Below, piece by piece: positions 27,672 through 37,322 of a DNA stretch of 64,000 bases. Under the pieces are notes generated by a model, which searched no databases, was not told the origin of the DNA, and saw only the letters and a list, made by a program, of their open reading frames with translations. Source of the DNA: Candidatus Poribacteria bacterium (lineage in GTDB: Bacteria > Poribacteria > WGA-4E > WGA-3G); NCBI GenBank assembly GCA_022821965.1, contig JAJECN010000037.1, positions 69,421 to 133,420 on the forward strand, written 5' to 3'. The translations under genes and the position numbers were made by a program. The first letter of the stretch is position 1. Every line of letters begins with the position of its first letter.

Positions 27672-29582
27672 CTATTCACTAAAAACTGAGGTCGTTAAAT
27701 CCCACAAGAGAACCGTACCATCATGGCTACTGCTTACGAGCGTCCTCCCATCTGGAGAATATGCGATTCCACCAACCGACAAGGTATGTCCCGCAAGGGT
27801 TTTCAGAAGCTCTCCTGTGTGTGGATCCCACAAACCAACGGTTGCGTTAGAATACGTGCTCGCAAGGGTTTTTCCGTCCGGTGAAAATGCTAAGACGTAT
27901 ATCCGCCTTGTATCCGATGTGATAGTTCTCAAGAGTTGCCCTGTGTGTGGATCCCACAAACGAATGGTTCTATCATTTATACCGCTACTACTGGCAATCG
28001 TTTTGCCCTCCGGTGAAAACGCTACTGAATAGACATGGTCTGTATGTCCACTGAGGGTTTGCACCAACTGACCTGTCTGCGTGTTCCATATTTGCACTGT
28101 ATTATCAGAACTGCCACCAGCGAGCAGATTGCCATCGGGTGAATACGCGATGGAGGTAACTTCGACTCTGGCGACTTTAACTTCAGCAATACGTCCCACG
28201 AGGGGCTTCTTAATCTTTCCTGTCTTGAAATCTGCTAAAAAGATTGTATTGTTTCGACTCGAAAACGCAAGTGTGCTACCGTTGGGTGAATATTTTGCAT
28301 ACGTACGCGGGTTACCTGCGCGCCAACTTTTCAGATGTAAACCTGTACGCGCGTCCCATAAGTAGACTCGACCACGATTTCCACCGACAACCGTTATTGC
28401 ATTGGGAGCAAACGCTACAGAGGTGATCTTATAATGCCTATGGTTCGTAACATCAGATGTAAAGGTTTGCGAGTGTTTTCTTGAGTGTACATCCCAAATA
28501 TAAACGCCATCGCTATCACCAGTTGCGAGTTGGGTGCCATCCGGGGAGTATGCCACGGGTCCGGTAAAGTTTCTATATCCCCTAAGAATCTTCAAGGATT
28601 TACCCGTCTGTACAGACCAGAGGTGGATTTCATCCCTTCCCACACTCACAAGATTCTCGCCATCCGGCGAATACACCACGGAAAAGACCTTGTATGAATG
28701 CCCTATGAGGGCATTCATGAGTTCACCAGTCTGTGGATCCCACATAAAGATACTGCCATCCGCACTGCCACTTACGAGGATTTGTCCATTGTTGCTGAAT
28801 GCGACTGACTGCACAAACCATGTATGCCCTCTAAGAGTGCGGCGCAATTTTCCCGTGTGTGCATCCCACACTCGGACCGTCTCATCGTCACTCCCACTCG
28901 CAAGCATCTTGCCATCTGGAGAGTAGGCGAGACTGTTGATCATATCAATATCTTCTGTGACAGTACGTAGAAGTTCACCTGTATGGACATTCCACAAGAG
29001 CAGCTTCTCGTCCATAGCACCACCACCACTTGCGAGTGTTTTACCGTCTGGGCTGAAAGTAACACAGTGAATATATCCTGTATGACCTATCAAGGTTTTA
29101 ATAAGTTCACCACTCTTTACATCCCATAAACAGACCGTGGTATCGTAACTCACGCTTGCCAGCGTCTCACCATCTGGACTAAAAGCAAGAGAAGTGACCC
29201 CCTTCGTGTGTTCTGTGAAGGTGCGCTTATGTTGTCCAGTGTGTGTATCCCATAAAAAGATCCTACCGTTGCTGTCACCACTAGCTAACGTGTTTCCATC
29301 AGGCGTAAATGCTATGGAAAAGATACGAGACTTATGTTTAGCCAACAAGTCAAGTGCGTCACCCGTCTGTGCGTCATGAATCCAGACACCAATTGAACTC
29401 GCTACAGCAAACCGACTACCATCTCGGAAATACTGGACATCGTATATCGCCCCTTTTCCAAAGCGCGCGATAGCTCCTTTAGGCAATTTCCATTGTGTTG
29501 AATCTTCAGTAGAGGCATCCGAAAGGAGTAGCACGCAGACAACAACAAGAAAGAAAAAAGTAGAAAAGTAGGTCATTTTCAT
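27672..29582 (-). CDS. secreted WD40-repeat beta-propeller protein (about 14 repeats)
   Basis: Signal peptide MKMTYFSTFFFLVVVCVLLL. About 14 units of …GH[T/S]…V…[A/V]FSPDG…LASGS.D.T[I/V].LWD…. Confidence 0.8.
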   Translation of the reverse strand: MKMTYFSTFFFLVVVCVLLLSDASTEDSTQWKLPKGAIARFGKGAIYDVQYFRDGSRFAVASSIGVWIHDAQTGDALDLLAKHKSRIFSIAFTPDGNTLASGDSNGRIFLWDTHTGQHKRTFTEHTKGVTSLAFSPDGETLASVSYDTTVCLWDVKSGELIKTLIGHTGYIHCVTFSPDGKTLASGGGAMDEKLLLWNVHTGELLRTVTEDIDMINSLAYSPDGKMLASGSDDETVRVWDAHTGKLRRTLRGHTWFVQSVAFSNNGQILVSGSADGSIFMWDPQTGELMNALIGHSYKVFSVVYSPDGENLVSVGRDEIHLWSVQTGKSLKILRGYRNFTGPVAYSPDGTQLATGDSDGVYIWDVHSRKHSQTFTSDVTNHRHYKITSVAFAPNAITVVGGNRGRVYLWDARTGLHLKSWRAGNPRTYAKYSPNGSTLAFSSRNNTIFLADFKTGKIKKPLVGRIAEVKVARVEVTSIAYSPDGNLLAGGSSDNTVQIWNTQTGQLVQTLSGHTDHVYSVAFSPEGKTIASSSGINDRTIRLWDPHTGQLLRTITSDTRRIYVLAFSPDGKTLASTYSNATVGLWDPHTGELLKTLAGHTLSVGGIAYSPDGRTLVSSSHDGTVLLWDLTTSVFSE

Positions 29583-29694
29583 AGGCACTCTCCTCTCAAT
29601 GTTTATAGTAGTAGGCACACGCCGTGTGCCGTAACATACACATTCACGGATGCACTTTTAACAAGATTTTCCGAAAAAACAGAAACTGAACGTT

Positions 29695-30051
29695 CTACTG
29701 ACTAAGAGCTGATGTTGTTAGATCCCACAAGAGAATAGTGCCGTCATAACTTCCACTGGCGAGCGTGCGTCCATCAGGACTGAACGCTACTGAATAAACA
29801 CGCCCGGTATGCCCAGTGAGGAGTTTGAGTGCTTCGCCTGTGTGGGCATCATAGATCCAGATGCCGATAGAACTCGCCACAGCGATATGTGTATTATCCG
29901 GGGAGAATGCAAGCCCATATACTGAACCTTTTCCGATACGGGCTCTTGCGCCTTCGGGCAAATGTGCTTGAACATGCACTTCTGCCAAGATATTTGAAAA
30001 ACAGATGACAGAAGCAGCAAGCATCACACAAAAAGAAAGCACTGTTTTCAT
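29695..30051 (-). CDS. mini WD40 paralog (signal peptide + about 2 WD repeats), probable internal-deletion derivative of the large WD40 gene
   Basis: The N-terminus …ARARIGKGSVYGLAFSPD… and C-terminus …GTILLWDLTTSALSQ match the N- and C-terminal ends of the 637-aa neighbour (…ARFGKGAIYDVQYF… / …GTVLLWDLTTSVFSE). Confidence 0.5.
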   Translation of the reverse strand: MKTVLSFCVMLAASVICFSNILAEVHVQAHLPEGARARIGKGSVYGLAFSPDNTHIAVASSIGIWIYDAHTGEALKLLTGHTGRVYSVAFSPDGRTLASGSYDGTILLWDLTTSALSQ

Positions 30052-30061
30052 AGAATTCCTG

Positions 30062-31114
30062 CTAAAATTCGTTGAATACCTTTACAGGCTGTCCCGTCTC
30101 AATAGATTCCCATGCCGCTACACCGACAGCAATAGATTTCGCTCCGTCAATTACATTCGGTGCCGGTTCTAAATCTTCCTCAAGGCACTGCTGAAAATGG
30201 CGCATATATCGGATAACCGTTTGTCCATGTCCGTAAACGCTTGTATCTATTTCAGGCGGACAGATCACTTCAAAGGGCTCTCTGGTGGCCATTTTATCCA
30301 GCATCAACTTGACGTGTCCCTCTTTGTTGTCCGTAAAGTCCCCAATTACCGTCCCTTTACTTCCGAAGACGGAGATCTGCTGCATCGGCATAGGAGGATG
30401 GACGATATCGTAAAGCCCCATCGCTCTCGCAATCTGCCCACTTTTAAACTTCAGGTTGAGAAAGAAATTATTCTTTATAGGGTATTCCGGTGTGAGTAAG
30501 CCTTTCGTGCCATAGGCGTGCACCTCATCTACATCACCGAGGAGACAGCGCAATAGGTCAACAGGATGCACAATACCGCCGAACATCAAATCTTGCGGTT
30601 CATGGAGTCGCCACGGCGTGAAATCGTAGACCTCGCGCATGTCGTGGACATAATAGGCATCCGCCAGCATAATGTCGCCTAAATCACCGTCGTCAAGGAA
30701 CTGTTTCATCGTCAAAAACTGGAGATCAAACCGCATCGACTGCCCCACAAGGAATTTGACTTTATGCTCGCGCACCAGATCCACCAATTGTTGTGCGTCG
30801 TCTAACTTGGTCACCATCGGTTTTGTGCAAATGACATGTTTTCCCGCTTCAATCGCAGCAACGCAATGTTCGGCATGCAAATGGTCCGGGGAATAGATCG
30901 CGATAACAGAAATATCATCGCGCTTCACCAATTCGCGGTAATCTGTCGTCCAGAAATCCACGCCAATTTGGTTGGCATAGTTTTCAAGCACATCTGCCCG
31001 CTTCGCACAGATGCCGCGAAGTTCATATTTCAGATCTGGTACATCCTTCAAAAGTGTCGCAGTCGATCCCATATTCGTGGGATTCATCCCAATAACGCCC
31101 AATCCTATTGCCAT
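30062..31114 (-). CDS. Gfo/Idh/MocA family oxidoreductase
   Basis: MAIGLGVIGMNP… Rossmann start, …HAEHCVAAIEAGKHVICTKPM… (EKP-type motif). 350 aa. Confidence 0.8.
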   Translation of the reverse strand: MAIGLGVIGMNPTNMGSTATLLKDVPDLKYELRGICAKRADVLENYANQIGVDFWTTDYRELVKRDDISVIAIYSPDHLHAEHCVAAIEAGKHVICTKPMVTKLDDAQQLVDLVREHKVKFLVGQSMRFDLQFLTMKQFLDDGDLGDIMLADAYYVHDMREVYDFTPWRLHEPQDLMFGGIVHPVDLLRCLLGDVDEVHAYGTKGLLTPEYPIKNNFFLNLKFKSGQIARAMGLYDIVHPPMPMQQISVFGSKGTVIGDFTDNKEGHVKLMLDKMATREPFEVICPPEIDTSVYGHGQTVIRYMRHFQQCLEEDLEPAPNVIDGAKSIAVGVAAWESIETGQPVKVFNEF

Positions 31115-31310
31115 TTTGTGTCTCCTCCCTAAATCAGTTGACGTGCAGTCATTTTATCACAACTACCTTTTCTTCACAAGCAACCACGTTAAAGATTTCT
31201 TCTTATAGGGCACCCGTTGTGGGTGTCCAAAAACTTTCCTTCAGGTTATTTTCAATCGAAAACTATTGCCTTCTGCCCCAATTTGATGTAAAATTATTAG
31301 CGGAGGAAAG

Positions 31311-33206
31311 ATGACACAACCTGAAACAAAAGAAATCACTGGTATTGACACCCAGCGGACTGAACTCAAAAAAATATATAAATGGATTTTTGAACTCGGT
31401 GCAGCGGCAATGGTACTTTTCTATATCTACAGTGCTGGGTTCGGTAGTGCCAATGAACAATACCATCTCGGTTTCTATCTTCTGCTAACCTTCTCACTCA
31501 TCGGTATCTTTTACCGCTGTCGTAAAAATTCTCCCGTCTCCCGTCCATCCATACCGGATCTGCTCCTGATAGCATTTAGCATTTTTACAATCGGCTACTG
31601 GATCGTAGAGTATCCAGATCTTGTTAATCGGGCAGGCAACTACAACCGACTCGATATTTTCGTAGGGGCGGTCGCGATTCTGATTAGTTTTGAAGTGAGC
31701 CGTCGGACGGTAGGTTTGGCACTCCCAATCATCGCCGTAATCGGTATCCTATATGCGCTTTTCGGTAGGTCTATGCCGGATGTTATCGCCCACAAAGGCT
31801 TTCCAATCCGACGGATTATCGAATACTGCTTTTTCAGCCAAGCCGGTGTCTTCGGCATCATGGCAAACGTGATGGCAACCTACGTGATCCTCTTTATTTT
31901 CTTCGGAGCGTTTCTGGAGAAATCCGGGGTCGGGCAATTCTTTATCAATCTTCCGATGTCCTTAGCGGGACGCTCAATAGGCGGTGCGGCGAAAGTCTCC
32001 GTCATGACTTCCGGCTTTTTCGGGTCCGTTGCCGGAAGCGCAATCGCAAACACAGTCGCTACTGGCACGTTCACCATACCCTTGATGAAACGAACTGGCT
32101 TCCGCCCACACGTCGCTGGAGCAGTCGAGGCTTCCGCCTCCGTAGGCGGACAATTCCTACCACCCGTGATGGGGGCGGGGGCGTTCCTAATGGCAGAACG
32201 TACAGGCTTGCCATATAGCAAAATCGCCCTTTTGTCCATCATGCCAGCGATTCTCTACTTCCTATCCGTCTGGGTGATGGTGCATTTTGAAGCGAAGAAG
32301 GAAGGACTTGAACGGATATCTGAGGAAGAAATCCCGAAATTCCTTCCTCTTCTTAAAAGCGGTTGGTATTACTTATTGCCACTGCTTACCCTCATCGGAA
32401 TGCTCATCGCCCGGTATACTGCTTACAAAGCGGCGTTCTTTGCGATTCTCGTCACGATTGGGGTGAGTTATTTCCGACCAGAGACAAGGCTAACACCGAA
32501 ACGTATCTGGGAAGCGATGGTAAGTGGGGCAAAGAATTCACTCGCTATTGGCGGTGCAGTGGGCACGATCGGCATCATTGTCGCCGTGATAGACCTAACA
32601 GGATTAGGACGGATATTTCCAGATTTAGTGCTATCTGTCGCAGCCGATAACAAGGCTATTGCGATCCTATTTCTCGCCGCTGCTTCTTTAGTTTTAGGGA
32701 TGGGAATTCCTGTGACCGCTGCCTATCTTATCACTTCCGAACTCGCTGTGCCGGTTCTGACGACTCCAGAGATGGGTTTATCGGTTATTGCAGCACACCT
32801 GATCATTTTCTGGCTGAGTCAAGATTCAAACATCACACCTCCAGTCGCGTTGGGGGCTTATGCAGGTGCCGCCATTGCTCGCGCCGATCCATGGAAAACG
32901 GGGTGGGCATGCTTCAAATTCGCCAAACTTCTTTACGTGATGCCGCTGCTATTTGCGTATACACACATCCTCTTCACAAATGGTACAGCCGTTGAATACA
33001 TGTTATCTGTGGCGAGTGCTGTTGTCGGAACGATTATTTTTTCGATGGTCACGATGGGGTACTTCGTCCGCAAAACCTATTGGTATGAATGGATTCTGCT
33101 TGCGCTTGCGGCATTCCTTGCCTACATTTACAACATCTGGACGTTCATTCTCTCCATAGTCATAGTTGCTGTCATCTACATCCTTCAGAAACGTTCAGAG
33201 GTATAG
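31311..33206 (+). CDS. TRAP transporter fused permease (TAXI-type DctQ-DctM fusion)
   Basis: 631 aa, about 16-18 TM. N-terminal small-permease-like 4 TM followed by a DctM-like 12-TM domain. GGAGG RBS. Confidence 0.7.
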   Translation: MTQPETKEITGIDTQRTELKKIYKWIFELGAAAMVLFYIYSAGFGSANEQYHLGFYLLLTFSLIGIFYRCRKNSPVSRPSIPDLLLIAFSIFTIGYWIVEYPDLVNRAGNYNRLDIFVGAVAILISFEVSRRTVGLALPIIAVIGILYALFGRSMPDVIAHKGFPIRRIIEYCFFSQAGVFGIMANVMATYVILFIFFGAFLEKSGVGQFFINLPMSLAGRSIGGAAKVSVMTSGFFGSVAGSAIANTVATGTFTIPLMKRTGFRPHVAGAVEASASVGGQFLPPVMGAGAFLMAERTGLPYSKIALLSIMPAILYFLSVWVMVHFEAKKEGLERISEEEIPKFLPLLKSGWYYLLPLLTLIGMLIARYTAYKAAFFAILVTIGVSYFRPETRLTPKRIWEAMVSGAKNSLAIGGAVGTIGIIVAVIDLTGLGRIFPDLVLSVAADNKAIAILFLAAASLVLGMGIPVTAAYLITSELAVPVLTTPEMGLSVIAAHLIIFWLSQDSNITPPVALGAYAGAAIARADPWKTGWACFKFAKLLYVMPLLFAYTHILFTNGTAVEYMLSVASAVVGTIIFSMVTMGYFVRKTYWYEWILLALAAFLAYIYNIWTFILSIVIVAVIYILQKRSEV

Positions 33207-33216
33207 GGTGCGTTTT

Positions 33217-34134
33217 TCAAGGCGTACCAACGATTTCTTGGAGTCGCTGTAAGAGGCTATCTGCCATTCGGCGAGCCGCTCGTAAGTTGAACTGCTCAAC
33301 GACTTGCTCGGCACGGAAGGTGTTACCTTGGTAGTAACGCCAAAAAATAAACGTGCCCCACAGTGCTGCGTCCACGTAATGACCATCTAACACCGCATCA
33401 ACAGTGAGAAAACCCAGTGCGCCGTTCAGCACAAGCGCATTTAATCCGTCCCTCCAATTACCTACGTAAATCTGCCCCATCCCAGGAAGAATCTGCGATA
33501 ATACTTTGGCGACTCCGACGGATTTCCGCGGCATATTCAGAGCATCCTCAAAAAGCGTCCGAAGTCCTTCATCACTGGTATACGTTTGTAGTACTTCGCT
33601 CGCCTCTTCCCATTTGAACTGATAGATACAGGCAACACCCTGCAAGAAAAGCGCACGCCGATACAGACCTGTGGAAGGGGAACGCATCATGACCTTAATC
33701 GATTCCAACCGCGCCAGATCATAGTCCTGCGCGGCGATTAACGTCACGGCGAGCTCCAGTTGATATTCTGACTTCACTTCGCTATCCGCTGCGAGATGCA
33801 TTGCCGTCTGGAGACCTGTGATTGCTTCCGTCCACAATCCTTGTGCTCTATAAGCAAGCCCAATGTTGTAATATACCTCGCCAACACGCGCATCGTCAGG
33901 ATGGAAAAAGAGAAAACGCCTATACTCCGTGATGGCAGCATCGTAGTTGCCCTGTGCGGCGAGATATCTGCCAAGAGATAAAGGGTGTTCTTCTGAGATT
34001 GCCGCGAAGTTGCAGAAAAGTAAAAGGGTGATGGCGACCTCATAAATCTTTGGACGATAGCGTTTGATTAATTCACCGAACGCCTCATCATCTCTGGCTA
34101 TTGCTTTCTTAATGTAAACATCGTCACGGATCAT
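33217..34134 (-). CDS. TPR-repeat protein with C-terminal hydrophobic (2-TM-like) domain, paralog of 48546..49472
   Basis: TPR-like helices (…YYNIGLAYRAQGLWTEAITGLQ…). C-terminal …GMGQIYVGNWRDGLNALVLNGALGFL… aligns with …GAGRFYTGRIGDALNSLFVVGITGW… of the paralog. Confidence 0.45.
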   Translation of the reverse strand: MIRDDVYIKKAIARDDEAFGELIKRYRPKIYEVAITLLLFCNFAAISEEHPLSLGRYLAAQGNYDAAITEYRRFLFFHPDDARVGEVYYNIGLAYRAQGLWTEAITGLQTAMHLAADSEVKSEYQLELAVTLIAAQDYDLARLESIKVMMRSPSTGLYRRALFLQGVACIYQFKWEEASEVLQTYTSDEGLRTLFEDALNMPRKSVGVAKVLSQILPGMGQIYVGNWRDGLNALVLNGALGFLTVDAVLDGHYVDAALWGTFIFWRYYQGNTFRAEQVVEQFNLRAARRMADSLLQRLQEIVGTP

Positions 34135-34739
34135 AACGTTTACCTCATTGAGATGTAACTTTGTCGATAGTATACATCTTCATCATTCGTTTGTCAATCT
34201 TATACCATATCTAATTGAATAACTTTCATATCTATACGCACTGTGAAAATTAACATATAGTATATTTTAAATTCACAGATTCGGATTATATTCCTCTTAA
34301 AGTTGCGAATGCCTTCAACTTCTATCACCTTGACGAACTCGATTACCTGTCGAATTCACCACAGAAATTTGACCGATATGACATTTTATGAAATCTTTCA
34401 AAATCGCCTCTCAGCCCTTTAGGGGCTTAGGTTTGCGGTCAATTTTAAGAGACCAGAAAATCCTGTTGTTTTCTGTGGGAGCTGATGTGTTGTTGTTTTT
34501 TCACCACTAAGTTCATAAAATGGATCAGGCGTTTTCGGTGTTGTGTCCGAAACATCCTAATTCGTCTTTATCAGGCGACTGCTAAGGACGACCTATTATG
34601 ATAACCATCCAAATAGAAATGGTATTATATTCACGAACCTTTATCAGATTGGTATGTCTAAATTGCATAACAAACTTCAATAATTGCATGTCATTTTTGA
34701 GCAACGAACTTCTACCACAAAAGAAAGAGAATTTCGAGT

Positions 34740-35342
34740 ATGAAAATAAACCTCAATGAGCATTCGGGCAATTTCGTTAACACACGCATGAAAGCATTAT
34801 TTGTTGCCCAAGATGCTAAACCGAAAGAAATAAAAGAAATCAACTTCGCACGCCTCACGCCCTTCCAACGCGGCTTGCTCGTTACAGACGGAACAGTTAC
34901 ACGGTTCATCGAAGCTTACACACTTGCCCCAATAGAAGTCGTGCTGCTACAACAAACAAAACAGAAATTATCTACCGAACATACTTGGCTTCAACTACCT
35001 GCCGGCGAAGAAGTCATTTCACGACAAGTCATCCTTCAAACCGACACCCGGGACGATCCATTCCCGATAATTCATGCCTATGCAGATTCGCTAATTGTGC
35101 CACAACGTCTGCCACAGTCGCTTTTGAACGGGTTAGAATCCGACAAACAGGGACTCGGTGGACTTTTAAGGTGCAGTGGTTTAGAAACTCGGCGTGAGCT
35201 GCTCTGGTGCGGGATGAAAACTTTAATTGACTTACCGTCTGCTGCTGAACATCTCGAAGGTGAGACATTTATCAGTCGCGCATATCGGGTGTTCGCGGAC
35301 GAAGTCCCGCTCATGCTGATTGATGAGAAGTTCCCACTTTGA
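34740..35342 (+). CDS. chorismate pyruvate-lyase (UbiC)/DUF98-like fold protein
   Basis: …VISRQVILQTD…PFPIIHAYADSLIVP…, …LGGLLRCSG…, …RRELLWCG…FISRAYRVFADEVPLMLIDEKFP parallel UbiC blocks (REILLCADGEPW…VVP; LG..L…; LWGRRSRL…PLLLTELFLP). Confidence 0.4.
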   Translation: MKINLNEHSGNFVNTRMKALFVAQDAKPKEIKEINFARLTPFQRGLLVTDGTVTRFIEAYTLAPIEVVLLQQTKQKLSTEHTWLQLPAGEEVISRQVILQTDTRDDPFPIIHAYADSLIVPQRLPQSLLNGLESDKQGLGGLLRCSGLETRRELLWCGMKTLIDLPSAAEHLEGETFISRAYRVFADEVPLMLIDEKFPL

Positions 35343-35504
35343 GGGTTATCAGGTTGGGCCACGGCGACGAAGAGGGCGCAGAAGATCAGGTAATGGTGAA
35401 ATCAACCGGCTACTGGATCTATAAAAAGGGGAAATCCATGGGTTGGACAACCCGTAGTCCCCGTAACAACTAATGTGCGGGGTAATTCCCCCAAAGGGAT
35501 CTTC

Positions 35505-36683
35505 ATGTTACACAAAATTCTAATCACATTTATTGCACTCGCCGCATCAATTATAGCGGCACTCACACTCAACATTTTCGATACGCCTACCGTTGAAGCA
35601 GAAAAGACGGAAGGAATCGCTGAAATCTCTACCAATCCCTCAATTGTAAATTTGGCAACCGTTATGAAAAGTTTCCGCGCATCATTGAGCGACAAACTTC
35701 TTGACGCAGCCTCCTTTCCACTCGGACATAAGGAATCCTACTCTTGGACGAATTTACCGCCAAGTATGGATGAAGATCGCGGAGGTATCCGTTTTGGTGA
35801 GTTGTCCATAGATCAATTGACACGCCTCTATGAAGTTTTGAGTGCATTCTTGAGTGACGACGGTTATACCAAAGTCTCTCTCATTACAAAAGATGCTGAA
35901 ACAGATCTCAGCAATATCACCCCCGGTTTCTGGGCATCGAACCCTTACTATATCGCCTTATTTGGAAACCCAGAGACGGATGGATCGTGGGGTTTCCAAC
36001 TGGATGGACATCATTTGGCTCTCAACTTTTTAGTACACGGCGATGCCATTTTTATCGTCCCTGCCCTTATCGGAACCGCCCCCGCAACCATCGATGGCAC
36101 TGTCGTGCTTGAAAATGAAAGAGGCAAAGCCTTCGTTTTACTCAATAGTCTTAATGAGAGCCAGAAAAAGAAAGCAATTCAAAAAGGTCGTCGCGGACTC
36201 CAAGTCGGGGCAGGTAGGTCAACTGATCCGTTCCTGAATTACGATTATTCCAAATTTGTAGGGGTCGGCTTGAAGGCATCAGAAATGAACGATACACAGA
36301 AAGAAAATCTTCGGAATCTCATCAAGACTTACGTCTACAATCTTGAAACTGAGTTCGCCGACATCTGGATGGTGGATATAGATGCAGGACTCGACGATAC
36401 CTATTTCGTCTGGATGGGTGGTACGACTCCTAACGATCCGATTTACTACCGCGTTTTCAATCCTGCTGTCTGGATTGAATTTAACAATGAGAGTGGTTTA
36501 GACCACATCCATACCATTACCCGCTCGCCAAACGGAAATGACTACGGTATTTTCGCCCTAAACCACGGTCCCAGAACACACTTGGAACGCTACGCTTCCG
36601 CCCATCATCACAAAGTAGTGCTCGAATTGTTTGATTATCACATCGCTGGTCCGCAAGACGCGGATAATACGGAGACCCCATAA
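35505..36683 (+). CDS. DUF3500-like secreted protein
   Basis: N-terminal TM/signal. …WGFQLDGHHLALNF…, …YFVWMGGTTPNDPIYYRVFNPAVWIEFNNE…DHIHTITRSPNGNDYG match recalled DUF3500 conserved blocks. Its stop overlaps the next start (ATAATG). Confidence 0.4.
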   Translation: MLHKILITFIALAASIIAALTLNIFDTPTVEAEKTEGIAEISTNPSIVNLATVMKSFRASLSDKLLDAASFPLGHKESYSWTNLPPSMDEDRGGIRFGELSIDQLTRLYEVLSAFLSDDGYTKVSLITKDAETDLSNITPGFWASNPYYIALFGNPETDGSWGFQLDGHHLALNFLVHGDAIFIVPALIGTAPATIDGTVVLENERGKAFVLLNSLNESQKKKAIQKGRRGLQVGAGRSTDPFLNYDYSKFVGVGLKASEMNDTQKENLRNLIKTYVYNLETEFADIWMVDIDAGLDDTYFVWMGGTTPNDPIYYRVFNPAVWIEFNNESGLDHIHTITRSPNGNDYGIFALNHGPRTHLERYASAHHHKVVLELFDYHIAGPQDADNTETP

Positions 36684-37249
36684 TGTTAGATCAGGTTTTA
36701 GAAGAGGTCGAGGAACAATGTCGAGAAGAACGGGTTCCGATGCTCGGACCCGACAAGGCAAAACTGCTCGCGAGTTGTGTTGAAGAGGCAAAACCCTCTC
36801 TAATTGTAGAGTGCGGAACTGCCATCGGTTATTCTGGGTTGTGGATATTACGCGTGCTGAAAACCTTAGGCACTGGACGCTTGATAACAGTGGAAATAGA
36901 GGATGCCAATGCACAGCGAGCACGCGCAAATTTTGAAAAGGCTGGCGTGGCAGACCTTGTAGATTCTCGCATCGGGGATGCCGCAGAAGTTCTCAAAACT
37001 ATCCAAGAACCTGTGGATTTCCTGTTTCTTGACAATAACAAAGATGGCTACTATTCTTGTTTTCAAGCTATTGAATCACGCCTAACGAATCCAGCAACGC
37101 TCGTCGCTGACAACGTCGGTAGGGCAGAGCAGATGGCAGATTACTTAGAACATGTTCGCTCACAGTACGATTCCGAAACACACTGGTTTGAGAGTCGGCG
37201 GCGACCCGGCAGACGTGATGGCATGGAGATTAGCATCTATCGCCGTTAA
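36683..37249 (+). CDS. class I SAM-dependent O-methyltransferase (family 3, caffeoyl-CoA OMT-like)
   Basis: …LIVECGTAIGYSGLWIL… (SAM-binding GxGxG-like), …FLFLDNNKDGYYSCF…LVADNV… typical of the Methyltransf_3 fold. Translationally coupled to the upstream gene. Confidence 0.65.
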   Translation: MLDQVLEEVEEQCREERVPMLGPDKAKLLASCVEEAKPSLIVECGTAIGYSGLWILRVLKTLGTGRLITVEIEDANAQRARANFEKAGVADLVDSRIGDAAEVLKTIQEPVDFLFLDNNKDGYYSCFQAIESRLTNPATLVADNVGRAEQMADYLEHVRSQYDSETHWFESRRRPGRRDGMEISIYRR

Positions 37250-37322
37250 TGTAGAAAGAATGAATTGATGGCGGCGTTTATGGATCACCTTACAGAAGTT
37301 GCTAAAAAGGAGGCACTTCCCT

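Noticed and set aside
34712-34909. 65-aa minus-strand ORF at the edge of the AT-rich island
   Set aside because: It overlaps the start of the UbiC-like gene and has low-complexity composition. There is no supporting signal.
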